DNA of 64,000 bases from an uncultured Actinomycetes bacterium (GCA_963714865.1 CAVQPR010000001.1:402474-466473), one strand, 5' to 3'. Numbered from the stretch's first letter, positions 9,640 to 18,912 are shown. Translations and numbers: made by a program. The notes: generated by a model from the letters alone, not told the origin.

Positions 9640-10011
9640 TCAGCCCGAGGCGTTCTCAAGGCCGTACTTGGTTACGAGCGACAGGTAGTCGCGCTGGTAG
9701 AAGATCTTGCAGGTCACCTCCGGGTAGCGCTCCCGGAGCCGGCGGACCTTGCGGTTCTTCTTGGTCACGAGCTTCTGGTTCAGCGTCGTGATCTCGATGT
9801 AGAGATCGAACTCTGGAAGGTAGAAGTCGGGCGTGAACCGCTGGATCACCCGCCCCTCGCGGTCCCAGTCGATGTCGAAGGACGTCGGCTCGTACTCCCA
9901 CTCGATCGCATAGAAGTCCAGGACCCGCGCGAACTGGCGCTCGGATGCGTGGGCGAAGCCGATGGTGTCGCTCTTGCGGAGGTGCTCGACGGCAGCCGAG
10001 GAAGGGCTCAC
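9640..10011 (-). CDS. hypothetical protein, with a possible PD-(D/E)xK-like core
   Basis: Diverse composition and a TPDFYLPEFDLYIEIT motif. Overlaps the upstream MerR gene by 4 nt, which suggests an operon. Its position matches the small ORF between gcvP and the MerR regulator in mycobacteria. Confidence 0.6.
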   Translation of the reverse strand: MSPSSAAVEHLRKSDTIGFAHASERQFARVLDFYAIEWEYEPTSFDIDWDREGRVIQRFTPDFYLPEFDLYIEITTLNQKLVTKKNRKVRRLRERYPEVTCKIFYQRDYLSLVTKYGLENASG

Positions 10012-10448
10012 GGGCCCCCGGACGCCCTACGACGCTTCGGCGGACCGGCGGCCACGTCCGTCTCCAGGTCGTTCCACACCGCGTCCAGTGAGATCGCGAA
10101 CACGCCCTGGCCGTTGCGGAGGAGGTCGACGACGGCCTCGGGCGAGTGCGCCTCGTACACGCCATCGCCGTCCGACATCAGGGTCACGCCGTGCGGACGC
10201 TCATCCATCTCGCGCAGGTGGGCGACCGCCTTGCGGATTCGTTGCAATGCGACGCCGGTGTCGAGGAGGCGCTTGATCACCTTCAGGGTCGCGAGGTCTT
10301 GGAACGAGTAGAGCCGCTGGCTTCCCGAGCCATGCGCATCCTTGATCGACGGCGTCACGAGATCGGTGCGCGCCCAGTAGTCCAGTTGGCGGTACGTCAC
10401 CCCGGTGATGCGCACTGCCTCGGGCGCACGGAACCCTTGTTCGCTCAT
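10008..10448 (-). CDS. MerR-family transcriptional regulator
   Basis: N-terminal HTH (ITGVTYRQLDYWARTDLV). Start placed at MSEQGF. Confidence 0.85.
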   Translation of the reverse strand: MSEQGFRAPEAVRITGVTYRQLDYWARTDLVTPSIKDAHGSGSQRLYSFQDLATLKVIKRLLDTGVALQRIRKAVAHLREMDERPHGVTLMSDGDGVYEAHSPEAVVDLLRNGQGVFAISLDAVWNDLETDVAAGPPKRRRASGGP

Positions 10449-10597
10449 CTCGTCTCCGAAATCACGTCGATGTAGTTCCGCAGCGTAGGTCCCCTTTGAA
10501 TGCATGTCAACGGCCGCAGAGTCCCCTCGAGGGCTCAAGTCGCCGGCCTACGTCACCGATGTATGGGGATAGCCCGAACTGACTAGACAAGGACCGG

Positions 10598-11065
10598 ATG
10601 GACATGACCCCCGCGCACAGCATCCGCACACGCCTTGCGGCCGTCGTTGTCGTGGCCCTGTTGGTGGGCCTCGTGCCCGCGAACCTGGCCCATGCCGGCG
10701 AGCCCAACTACTCCTGGCGCATGTTCAAGGCCACGAACCAGGCCCGCATCCGCCACGGCCTTCCGCGCCTGGAGCGCAACAAGGTCTCGAGTCTGGTGGC
10801 CTTCCGCCATTCGAGGCGTATGGCCGAGCGCAAGAGCCTGTTCCATTCGACGGATGTGGCGAGCTACCTCGACGGCGTCGGCCGGTGGCGTGCCTGGGGC
10901 GAGAATATCGGCTGGACCACGGGCGAGATCGAGGATCTGCAGCGCGCCTTCATGAACAGCCCGGCGCATCGCGCCAACCTGATGAACCGCTCGTTCCGCC
11001 ACGTCGCGGTAGGGGCATACAAGCAGGGCGGCAAGATCTGGGCCACGGTCTTCTTCTACGGCTGA
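10598..11065 (+). CDS. secreted CAP/SCP/PR1-like domain protein
   Basis: Signal peptide followed by CAP-domain motifs (HSRRM...GENI...). Confidence 0.8.
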   Translation: MDMTPAHSIRTRLAAVVVVALLVGLVPANLAHAGEPNYSWRMFKATNQARIRHGLPRLERNKVSSLVAFRHSRRMAERKSLFHSTDVASYLDGVGRWRAWGENIGWTTGEIEDLQRAFMNSPAHRANLMNRSFRHVAVGAYKQGGKIWATVFFYG

Positions 11066-11084
11066 GCTCTCCGGGGAGCGTCTG

Positions 11085-11558
11085 TCAGCTCTCGAAGTCC
11101 TCTGGCGTCACCGTGTCGAGGAACTCTCGGAACTTCTCGACCTCCTCTTCCTCTTCACCGGGGATGAGGATCGAGGCCTCATCGAGGACATCCTCGTTCG
11201 CGTAGATCGGGATCGACATGCGCACGGCGAGCGCGATCGCATCCGAGGGACGTGATGACACCTCGTAGGCCTCGCCTTGCCGATCCATCTCGATGGAGGC
11301 GAAGAAGGTGGAGTCGCGGAGCTCGGTGACGACGATGCGATGCACCTGGACCGTGAGGTCGTCGAGTATGTTCTTGAGCAGGTCGTGGGTCATCGGCCGC
11401 GGGGTGACGACTCCCTGGAGCGACAGCGCGATCGCCGCGGCTTCGGACGCGCCGATCCATATCGGCAGGTAGCGCTCCCCTCCCCGCTCACGCAGGAGGA
11501 CGATGGGCTGGTTCGTCGGCAGCTCGACCCGAACACCAGTGAGCTCCATCTCGATCAT
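11085..11558 (-). CDS. DUF151 bifunctional nuclease family protein
   Basis: Conserved DUF151 core. The position matches Rv1829 in mycobacteria. Confidence 0.85.
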   Translation of the reverse strand: MIEMELTGVRVELPTNQPIVLLRERGGERYLPIWIGASEAAAIALSLQGVVTPRPMTHDLLKNILDDLTVQVHRIVVTELRDSTFFASIEMDRQGEAYEVSSRPSDAIALAVRMSIPIYANEDVLDEASILIPGEEEEEVEKFREFLDTVTPEDFES

Positions 11559-11594
11559 CCAGCGAGCGTACCGGCGCCTCGACGGGCGGGCAAC

Positions 11595-12176
11595 CTATGC
11601 GGTGGGGACGCCAAGCAGCGGCACGAGCGCGCGCGGATCAGCCTCGAGCGCGGCGATATCGTCCACTTGGAAGATGTCGGGCAGGTTGCGGTACCGCTCA
11701 TGGAAGTCGAGTCCGTAGCCGACCACGAACCGGTCCGGACAGTCGAATCCGACGTATCGGGGCATGATGGGAGCGATCCGACGCACCGACTTGTCCAGGA
11801 GCGTGACCAACTCGAGCGAGGACGGGCCTCGCGACTCCAGGACCGATATCAGGTAGCGCAGGGTGAGTCCGGTATCGACGATGTCCTCGACGACGAGTAC
11901 GTCGCGGCCATCGAGGTCGACGTCGACGTCCAGGAGGATGCGCACGCGCCCCATCGACTCCGCGGCGCCGTCGTAACGGCTGGTCGACATGAAGTGCGAC
12001 TCCACGGGGAGTTGGACGTGACGCATCAGGTCCGCGAGGAACGGCACGCCACCCTTGAGGACCGAGATGAGCACGGGCTCACGCCCCACGTAGTCCCCGG
12101 TGATCGTGCGGCCCAGGTCCTCGACCCGGCGGCGGATGTCCTCGCGTCCGAACAGGACGCTGGCGACCTCCGTCAT
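11595..12176 (-). CDS. hpt: hypoxanthine-guanine phosphoribosyltransferase
   Basis: PRPP-binding motif VLVVEDIVDTGLT. Start placed at MTEV. Confidence 0.9.
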   Translation of the reverse strand: MTEVASVLFGREDIRRRVEDLGRTITGDYVGREPVLISVLKGGVPFLADLMRHVQLPVESHFMSTSRYDGAAESMGRVRILLDVDVDLDGRDVLVVEDIVDTGLTLRYLISVLESRGPSSLELVTLLDKSVRRIAPIMPRYVGFDCPDRFVVGYGLDFHERYRNLPDIFQVDDIAALEADPRALVPLLGVPTA

Positions 12177-12213
12177 GAGGCCGCAGCCTAACAGGCCCGG
12201 GCACGACCCCCGT

Positions 12214-13470
12214 TCACGAGGCGAGTCCGGCGGCCACCTCGACCACGGCGCCCGCAACCGCCCCTGCCGCGCGCCACCACCAGGCTCCGGGGTCCGGCTG
12301 TGGCGGGAGCTCAACCTGGGCGGCCAGCAGCGGGGACGACCCGAGGGTGACACCGGGCAGGCTCACCACCATGCTGCCCACCCGCTCCCCCACCGTGGGA
12401 GGGTAGGCCGCCTTCGGGTCGGCGACGAGCCGTACCCGGACGTCGGCGATCTGTGTCGCCGGGACCAGCGCCGTGATGGCGCGAGCGGCCACGACGGGCA
12501 CGGTTCCTCCTCGAACGGCCAGATCCCCGGCGGCAGCGCCCTCCTCGACGAACGTCGCCTCCTCGAAGGCCGTGAACCCGAACTCGAGGAGAGCTGCGGC
12601 CTCGGAGAAGGGCTCGTCCTCGTCCCCCAGGACGATGCTGACGAGACGACGATCCTCGCGCTCGGTCACCGCGATCACGCAGTACCCCGCGCCGAAAGTC
12701 AGTCCGGTCTTCACTCCGGTCGTGCCGGGGTACAGCCACAGCAACACGTTGCGGTTCTGGATCCGGCGATCGGGGCCCTCGGATGAGGACACCGTGCGCT
12801 GTTTGGTGCGCATGATCCTCGGCAAGCCCGCCGTGCCGTAGGCGGCCCGGGTGAGTATCAACAGATCGCGGGCGGTGGAGATCCCTCGGTCGTCCAAGCC
12901 GTGAGGAGAGGCGAAGCTCGTATCGCGCATCCCCAGCCGTTCAGCGCGCCGGTCCATGAGCCCGACGAACCCCTCCACGCTGCCCGCGACATGGATCGCG
13001 AGGGCCTCGGCGGCGTCGTTGGAAGACTGAAGCATCAGGCCGTAGAGGAGGTCCTCAACGCTGACCCTCTCGCCGGCACGCAGGCCCAGGGAGGATCCCT
13101 CGCCGTAGTCGCCGGGCTCGAACACGGCGGCCGGGGGGACGACGACGATGTCGTCGGGGTCGGTGCGCTCGATGACGACGATCGCGGTCATCACCTTGGT
13201 GAGACTCGCGATCGGCCTCGGAACGCCCGGGGCCCGGGCGAACATCGCCTGGCCTGAGTCCAGGTCGGCCAGCAGCGCCTCGGGCGCCTCGATCACGGGG
13301 CGACCGGCGGGGAACCGCTCGAGCTCGGAGACGAACGGCGAGGGCGAGCCCCGAGGGGGCACGGGCGTCGGCGGCGGGGTCGATGCGCCTCGCGCGGGGC
13401 CGGTGAGGAGGGCGACCGCCAGGACGGCAGCGGCGACCGCGGCGGCGACCCGCTCTCGGGCCGGATTCAC
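12214..13470 (-). CDS. D-alanyl-D-alanine carboxypeptidase (serine-type, PBP5-like)
   Basis: SxxK active-site motif (SLTKVM), SxN (SSN) and a KTG triad. N-terminal signal/TM segment. Confidence 0.85.
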   Translation of the reverse strand: MNPARERVAAAVAAAVLAVALLTGPARGASTPPPTPVPPRGSPSPFVSELERFPAGRPVIEAPEALLADLDSGQAMFARAPGVPRPIASLTKVMTAIVVIERTDPDDIVVVPPAAVFEPGDYGEGSSLGLRAGERVSVEDLLYGLMLQSSNDAAEALAIHVAGSVEGFVGLMDRRAERLGMRDTSFASPHGLDDRGISTARDLLILTRAAYGTAGLPRIMRTKQRTVSSSEGPDRRIQNRNVLLWLYPGTTGVKTGLTFGAGYCVIAVTEREDRRLVSIVLGDEDEPFSEAAALLEFGFTAFEEATFVEEGAAAGDLAVRGGTVPVVAARAITALVPATQIADVRVRLVADPKAAYPPTVGERVGSMVVSLPGVTLGSSPLLAAQVELPPQPDPGAWWWRAAGAVAGAVVEVAAGLAS

Positions 13471-14204
13471 GCGCCCTGGAGGTGATCCCGCAGGTTGCTT
13501 CGGAGCAGGGCCTGCTTGAACCGGCGGGACGTCACGGACAGCTCGGACAGCGTGTCGCCGGCCGCCCGGCGCGCGTCGGGGTTCTTCTGGCGCAGCGTCG
13601 GCGCGACGAGGTTCTCGAACAACGACGCCTCGCGATCGGTGAAGTGCTTGTACATCGTCAGGTGCCGGGGCTCGATCCCGTGGCGCAGGAAGTCCTTGAC
13701 GATCGACAGGATCACGTAGTCGTCGCCGTCGTAGTAGCGGCCACCGTCAGGACCATGGGAACACACGATGCTGAAGGACTCGAGCTCCCTGATGCGATCG
13801 CGGTCGACGCCCGTAGCAGCCGACATCTCCTCGAGCGACATCTGGAGACCGCTTGGCGCCTCGGCGACCTCGTCACCCCCGCTCTCGCGGTCCTCCGCTG
13901 CCGCGCCCGAGTCTTCGTCGTCGCCCTCTAGCGCCTGGTCGACGTCCTGTTTGACGAGCCGCTCCTTGATCACCTTGAGTGGCAGGTACTCGTCGCGCTG
14001 CATCCGAAGGATCGATCGGAGCCGCTCGACGTCGTCGGGATAGAACTTGCGATACCCGGACGGGGTCCGTTCGGGCTCGATCAGCCCCTCGGCCTCCAGG
14101 AACCGGATCTTCGAGATCGTGATGTCAGGGAACTCGGTCTTCACGGCGACCAGCACCTCGCCGATCGATTGGTAGTTCCTGGTGCCCGCCATCGTCTGCC
14201 TCAC
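13467..14204 (-). CDS. MerR-like transcriptional regulator (Rv1828-like)
   Basis: HTH at the N-terminus (SIGEVLVAVKTEFPDITISKIRFLEAEGLI). Confidence 0.8.
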   Translation of the reverse strand: MRQTMAGTRNYQSIGEVLVAVKTEFPDITISKIRFLEAEGLIEPERTPSGYRKFYPDDVERLRSILRMQRDEYLPLKVIKERLVKQDVDQALEGDDEDSGAAAEDRESGGDEVAEAPSGLQMSLEEMSAATGVDRDRIRELESFSIVCSHGPDGGRYYDGDDYVILSIVKDFLRHGIEPRHLTMYKHFTDREASLFENLVAPTLRQKNPDARRAAGDTLSELSVTSRRFKQALLRSNLRDHLQGA

Positions 14205-14662
14205 TCCTCCGCCGCGAAGAACGTCAATTTGAATTTGCCGATCTGGACCTCGTCACCCGACGCGAGCTTCGTCTCGTCTACCTGTTCGCCGTTGACGTAC
14301 GTGCCGTTGAGGCTTCCCACGTCCTGTACGAACCACGACCCGTCCTGGCGGCGCTCGAGGACCGCGTGTGCCCGCGACACCGTGATGTCGTCGAGGAACA
14401 CGCCGCTGTCCGGGCTCCGCCCGATCGGCGTCGACCCGGTATCGAGCAGGAACGTCGATCCCGCGTTCGGGCCACGCTTCACCAGAAGGAGACCCTGACC
14501 GGCTTCGAGTTCGTCGTGAGGGAAGGGGAACTCATCGTGTTGCTCATCGTCGGGCTCGAGCGACGTAAGCGACAGCGTGTTGTCGGCCTGCAGGGAAGCT
14601 CCACACTGCGCGCAGAACCGAGCGTCGTCCTTGTTGGGATGTCCACAATGGGTGCAGAACAC
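14201..14662 (-). CDS. FHA-domain protein with an N-terminal zinc ribbon
   Basis: CTHCG...CAQCG zinc ribbon, then an FHA domain (GRSPDSGVFLDDITVSRAHAVL...NGTYVNG). Confidence 0.85.
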   Translation of the reverse strand: MFCTHCGHPNKDDARFCAQCGASLQADNTLSLTSLEPDDEQHDEFPFPHDELEAGQGLLLVKRGPNAGSTFLLDTGSTPIGRSPDSGVFLDDITVSRAHAVLERRQDGSWFVQDVGSLNGTYVNGEQVDETKLASGDEVQIGKFKLTFFAAEE

Positions 14663-14862
14663 CGTTGAGTCCTCGTTTCGGTCTGCCTCTGGGCGAGGGT
14701 CGTGGTCGTGACCTCACGCTCGACCCTGAACGCCAACCAGACCCTATCCTAGCCGGTAACAACCTTCAACCGCACCCAGCATGCACCCTCGACGGTGGCG
14801 ACGCCTCGACCTCGAGCCTTGGTCGAGGTCGGCTCGAAGGTTCAGGGAGCGAGGAAAAGGCT

Positions 14863-15249
14863 CTAGGTGGAGGAGTCGAGGAACGCTCGATAGGCCGCCG
14901 CATCCATGAGGTCGTCGATGGCCGACGGGTCGGCGATCTCCAGCACGACCAGCCAGCCGTCACCATAGGGCTGCTCGTTGACGAGCTCCGGTCGCTCGTC
15001 GACCAGCCGATTGCGCTCGGAGATGGTGCCGGTCAAGGGGCTGTAGACGTCCGACACCGACTTGGTCGACTCCACCTCGCCGAAGGGTTGGTCCGCCTCA
15101 ACCGCGGCGCCGACTTCGGGCAGATCGACGTACACCACGTCGCCGAGAGCATCCTGCGCGAAATCGGTGATCCCCACCCGCGCACGAGAGCCTTCGGCCC
15201 GGACCCATTCGTGCTCTTTCGTGAAGCGAAGATCCTCCGGGAACTCCAC
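14863..15249 (-). CDS. gcvH: glycine cleavage system H protein
   Basis: Lipoyl-lysine motif ESTKSV. Start placed at a GTG preceded by GAGGGAGG. The track ORF's upstream extension is non-coding. Confidence 0.9.
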   Translation of the reverse strand: MEFPEDLRFTKEHEWVRAEGSRARVGITDFAQDALGDVVYVDLPEVGAAVEADQPFGEVESTKSVSDVYSPLTGTISERNRLVDERPELVNEQPYGDGWLVVLEIADPSAIDDLMDAAAYRAFLDSST

Positions 15250-15307
15250 CGCGCCTCCCTCGTCTGTGTGACCACGGACCCGATCGCCGTGGCTCGCGTG
15301 CGACACC

Positions 15308-15916
15308 CTAGTGCGTGATCCCATCCCGCGCAGCGCCCGCGCGCTTCGCGGTTCGGATGTCCTCCATGTACAGGAGCGCCGCCAGGTAGTACTCGACGAT
15401 GCCGACGGGGTAGGCGACCCATCCGACGACGAGCGCGGCATCGCCTAGCGGGTAGCCCAGTGTCCCCCAGGCGATGGCGGGGATCGCCGTCATCAGGGTG
15501 AACGTGGCCGCCTTGCCGATGAACCTGACGTCCACACGCTCGTGCCACAGGAACAGCACCGCCGCGCCGACGCCGAGCACGGCCAGGTCTCGAGCCAGGA
15601 CCAGCACGCCCGCCCACATCGGAAAGGCGCCACGTACCATCAGCGCGATCAGGCCGGCGGCGATCGCAAGTCGATCGGCCACGGGGTCGAGGATCTTGCC
15701 GAGGTCGGACACCTGCCCCGTCGTTCGCGCCACCCAGCCGTCGACCCAATCGGTCGCAAGGACAAAGCCGAACAACACGATCCCCCACTCCGTCGTGTCG
15801 GGATCGACGATGAGCGCCCAGAAGACAGGGATCAACAGGATGCGCAGCGTCGACAGGAGATTGGGGATCGTCCAGACGGCGGACGATGCCGGCGTGGACT
15901 CCCCCGTCGGTCTCAT
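15308..15916 (-). CDS. pgsA: CDP-alcohol phosphatidyltransferase (PgsA-like)
   Basis: CDP-OH transferase motif (DxxDGxxAR...G...DxxxD) and several TM segments. Start at the ATG directly abutting the tRNA-Pro 3' end. Confidence 0.8.
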   Translation of the reverse strand: MRPTGESTPASSAVWTIPNLLSTLRILLIPVFWALIVDPDTTEWGIVLFGFVLATDWVDGWVARTTGQVSDLGKILDPVADRLAIAAGLIALMVRGAFPMWAGVLVLARDLAVLGVGAAVLFLWHERVDVRFIGKAATFTLMTAIPAIAWGTLGYPLGDAALVVGWVAYPVGIVEYYLAALLYMEDIRTAKRAGAARDGITH

Positions 15917-15918
15917 TC

Positions 15919-15995
15919 GGTCGGGCCGGCCGGATTCGAACCGGCGACCTTCTGACCCCCAGTCAGACGCGCTAACCAAGCTGCGCCACGGCCCG
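15919..15995 (-). tRNA. tRNA-Pro (anticodon GGG)
   Basis: Full cloverleaf folded by hand: acceptor CGGGCCG/CGGCCCG, D-arm GCGC/GCGC, anticodon stem TCTGA/TCAGA with loop CTGGGGG, T-arm GCCGG-TTCGAAT-CCGGC, discriminator A. CCA is not encoded. Confidence 0.9.
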
Positions 15996-15996
15996 T
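15955..15996. repeat. attL core: left copy of a 42-nt direct repeat, lying inside the tRNA-Pro gene (its 5' 41 nt)
   Basis: Identical to 32010-32051, compared base by base. Confidence 0.85.
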
Positions 15997-16103
15997 TGAC
16001 CTGCGGTTATGCCCCTGCCACCGCTTGCACACCGACTTTACAGATGATAACCTGTCGGCGACTAACCAGGACAGGACAGCATCCGCAAGGGAGGGAGCTA
16101 GCG

Positions 16104-17087
16104 ATGGCAGAGACAAGAACCACGCTGCGAAGTGTACCGGAGCCGGACGCGCCGCAGGGCGACATCGAAGTCTGGGCCGCACGCTGGCGCAGGGAGCTAC
16201 GCGCCGACGGCAAGCAGGCCCGCACGATCACCGACTACGGGCGGACGCTGGACTACTTCGACGCCTGGCTCGCCGAGGAAGGTCGCTCCCGGTTCGTGGG
16301 CGATCTCACCCGCGCCGATGTCGAGGACTTCCGCGACCACTACCTCGACGGGACCAAGCCCGACGGCACCCCGTACTCCCGGGCCTCAGCGAAGGCGTAC
16401 ACGGCTTGCCTGCGGTCGTTCTTCCGCTGGCTGGCTGACGACCTCCCCGACCCGGACGGCATCCCCACCAACATCGCCGAGAAGGTCAAGCTGCCCATCG
16501 TCAAGCCCCAGGTGCAGGACGTGCCCACCGACGAGGACGTAGAGCGGGTGTTCAAGACCACCAAGGGGACGACGTTCGAGGATCTGCGGGACCGGGCCAT
16601 CCTCGGCTTCCTCATCACCACCGGCACCCGACTGAGCGGGGTCGCGGGGATCAAGCTGGAGGACGTCGACCTGGACGCCCACAACCCCCACTGCAAGATC
16701 ACGCTCAAGGGCGGGGCCGAGCATCGGGCGTACCTCAACCGCAAGGGACCACTCCCCCGCGACTTCGACCGCTACCTCGCTCGACGCGCCAAGCACCCGC
16801 ACGCCTCAAGCCCCTACCTGTGGATCGGCCGGCGGGGCAAGATGGGAACGTCGGGGATCTACCAGATGGTGCAGCGCCGAGCCGAGTCGGTCGGGGTCAA
16901 GATCACCGTCCACGACTTCCGCCGCTACGCCGCGTCGACGATGCTCAACCGAGGGGCGCGTCCCGACGACGTTCAGAACCTCCTCGGGTGGCAGGATCGG
17001 TCGATGCTGAACCACTACGTTGCCGCAACCGCGTCGGACCGGGCTGCCGAAGCTCTGACCCAGTTCGACCCTTCGATGCGGGAGTAG
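16104..17087 (+). CDS. int: tyrosine-type site-specific integrase
   Basis: C-terminal catalytic region (HDFRRYAASTML...LLGWQDRSMLNHY). AAGGGAGGG RBS. Immediately adjacent to the tRNA att site. Confidence 0.9.
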   Translation: MAETRTTLRSVPEPDAPQGDIEVWAARWRRELRADGKQARTITDYGRTLDYFDAWLAEEGRSRFVGDLTRADVEDFRDHYLDGTKPDGTPYSRASAKAYTACLRSFFRWLADDLPDPDGIPTNIAEKVKLPIVKPQVQDVPTDEDVERVFKTTKGTTFEDLRDRAILGFLITTGTRLSGVAGIKLEDVDLDAHNPHCKITLKGGAEHRAYLNRKGPLPRDFDRYLARRAKHPHASSPYLWIGRRGKMGTSGIYQMVQRRAESVGVKITVHDFRRYAASTMLNRGARPDDVQNLLGWQDRSMLNHYVAATASDRAAEALTQFDPSMRE

Positions 17088-17272
17088 CGAACCCTCAACC
17101 CGCCGATCCTCTAGTTGAGGTGGACCCCCCAAACTTTCTCGGCGACCACAAGATGTAGTGGGTCACGGCGACTTTCCACAGGAGATGCGTCCACACCATC
17201 CAGTAGAATCCGATTCGTACACCGCTTGCCGTCAACATCGGGACAGGCCATGGAGCGGTCCCGGTGAGGTGG

Positions 17273-17383
17273 TCCCAGGGGGACCCGGCGGAAGCAGCCG
17301 CAGGCAGGTCGCGGGTTAGGAACCGGCTTCCAGGGGGAGCCGAGACCGGCGGCTAGTTCGGAGCCCAGGGGGCACCGAGGCGG
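17273..17383. repeat. three imperfect direct repeats, YCCAGGGGGMNCCGRG..GGCGG
   Basis: Copies at 17273-17291, 17328-17352 and 17363-17383, between int and the excisionase-like gene. Confidence 0.6.
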
Positions 17384-17437
17384 TCCGTTGAGAGTCAGCT
17401 CTGCTAGCCGCTCTCCGGATCTCCTTAGGAGGTCTCC

Positions 17438-17653
17438 ATGAGTGGTTCCGTTGCGGAGCCTGGGGTCATCACCGACCCGGACCGGCCCCGACACGATGCC
17501 GCGTACGTCGGCGAGTTGTTCGGCGTACCGACGAGGCGGGTCTATGACTGGGCAGCCAGCGGCCAGATCGGCTGCTATCGACTCGGCCACCGGACGCTGA
17601 GGTTCAGCGACCGCCAGCTTGCAGAGTTCGCCCGCGCGCGGAAGGTGGCCTAG
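17438..17653 (+). CDS. xis: excisionase/AlpA-like helix-turn-helix DNA-binding protein
   Basis: 71 aa, with an HTH (TRRVYDWAASGQIGCYRLGHRTLRF). Strong RBS (TTAGGAGG). Lies next to int. Confidence 0.7.
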   Translation: MSGSVAEPGVITDPDRPRHDAAYVGELFGVPTRRVYDWAASGQIGCYRLGHRTLRFSDRQLAEFARARKVA

Positions 17654-17899
17654 ATGGCCGCTGCGGTGAACCTGACCCCCGAGCAGCTATCGACGCGAGG
17701 GCGGGCCGGGGCCTACGCCCTGCACGCGCAGCGCGATCCGAGGGAAACGACGGCTGCCGCACGCGCTGCCTTCCGCCGTCGATTCGAACCCGACGACCCC
17801 GACCTGTCCGACGCTGAACGCGAGCGGCGTACCGATGCCGCGCTGAAGGCGTACATGACCGGCCTGAGTCTCAAGGCTTCCAAGGCGAGGTCGGCATGA
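17654..17899 (+). CDS. hypothetical protein
   Basis: The ATG follows the xis stop directly. 81 aa. Confidence 0.45.
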   Translation: MAAAVNLTPEQLSTRGRAGAYALHAQRDPRETTAAARAAFRRRFEPDDPDLSDAERERRTDAALKAYMTGLSLKASKARSA

Positions 17900-18043
17900 C
17901 AACCGCCCCGCACACCGTCCACCCATCGAACGGGATAGCACGCGCATGCGTGGCTTTCGCCGGGAGCCCGTTCGATTCAAAGACGAGAGCCGCCCGCAAC
18001 ACCCCTGGCGGACGGCTCCCTAGCGCATTGGAAAGGCGCGATC

Positions 18044-18460
18044 ATGAATCCAGCCAAGGATACCGCACCCGGCACATCCACTAGCGGCGACTTCCCCGAG
18101 TCGTGGCGTGGCTTCAACGCTGACGGCGATCTGTTCGTCGGCACCGTTGACGGCTACTCCGAGGGTCCAGGCAAGTTCGGCCCCGTCCCGATCCTGCAAG
18201 CGTCCGACACTGAGGGCAAGGCGTGGTCGATCTGGCTGTTCTCGTCGATCCTGCGCGAGAAGGTCGGCAAGGCTGCACCGAAACCCGGCGAGAAGATCGT
18301 CGTCACCTACCTGGGTGAGGCGACCTCGCAGGCCAGCGGCAACACCTACAAGCGGTGGGCCGTCGAGATGCCGGAGCGGGATGCGACCCTGCCCGACTTC
18401 AGCGAGTGGGCATTGCAGAACCCCGACGAGGGCAAGCCCGACTGGGGTGAGGGGTCGTGA
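18044..18460 (+). CDS. hypothetical protein
   Basis: 138 aa with a non-repetitive composition. Confidence 0.55.
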   Translation: MNPAKDTAPGTSTSGDFPESWRGFNADGDLFVGTVDGYSEGPGKFGPVPILQASDTEGKAWSIWLFSSILREKVGKAAPKPGEKIVVTYLGEATSQASGNTYKRWAVEMPERDATLPDFSEWALQNPDEGKPDWGEGS

Positions 18461-18912
18461 CGCTGCTCCGCGAACCTCGCCACGATCCCCGGCTCGCCCG
18501 TGAGCCGGAGCTAGAGGCCGTCCACACCCTGCGCCGGCTGGCTCGCCGCATCGTCGAGGGTGCCCAGGATGGAGTCATCCCTCCCTCTGGACCCGATGGG
18601 TGGCCCCTGCGCCTGGTCAAGCTCGCCGAGATGATCCGCAAGGAGCCCTCCCCCATCCGCCAGTGGGCCGAACACGCGCTGGCACGCGAGGCCGAGCCAC
18701 TGTTCCGCGACCCCGACGCCGGCCAGCCCATCGCCCCATCGAGGGCGTACCGCGACCCGCTGCGGCAGATGATCCGCAAGGGGTTGGCAGCCTGCCCCGA
18801 GTGCAAGCGACCCCTCCCCTCCGATGCGGAGTGGGAACACTGGGCGATGCTCGACAGCCTGCAAGCGCGCCGGCGGGACGTTCGCAAGGGGGCCGTCGAT
18901 GGTCGCCTATGA
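18457..18912 (+). CDS. hypothetical protein
   Basis: GTG start overlapping the upstream stop. Contains a CPECKRP motif. Confidence 0.5.
   Translation: MTLLREPRHDPRLAREPELEAVHTLRRLARRIVEGAQDGVIPPSGPDGWPLRLVKLAEMIRKEPSPIRQWAEHALAREAEPLFRDPDAGQPIAPSRAYRDPLRQMIRKGLAACPECKRPLPSDAEWEHWAMLDSLQARRRDVRKGAVDGRL

Noticed and set aside
15474-16103. Upstream extension of the integrase ORF running across the tRNA-Pro gene
   Set aside because: No stop happens to occur, but the sequence is antisense to the tRNA and has no coding character. The integrase has a proper RBS and ATG at 16104.
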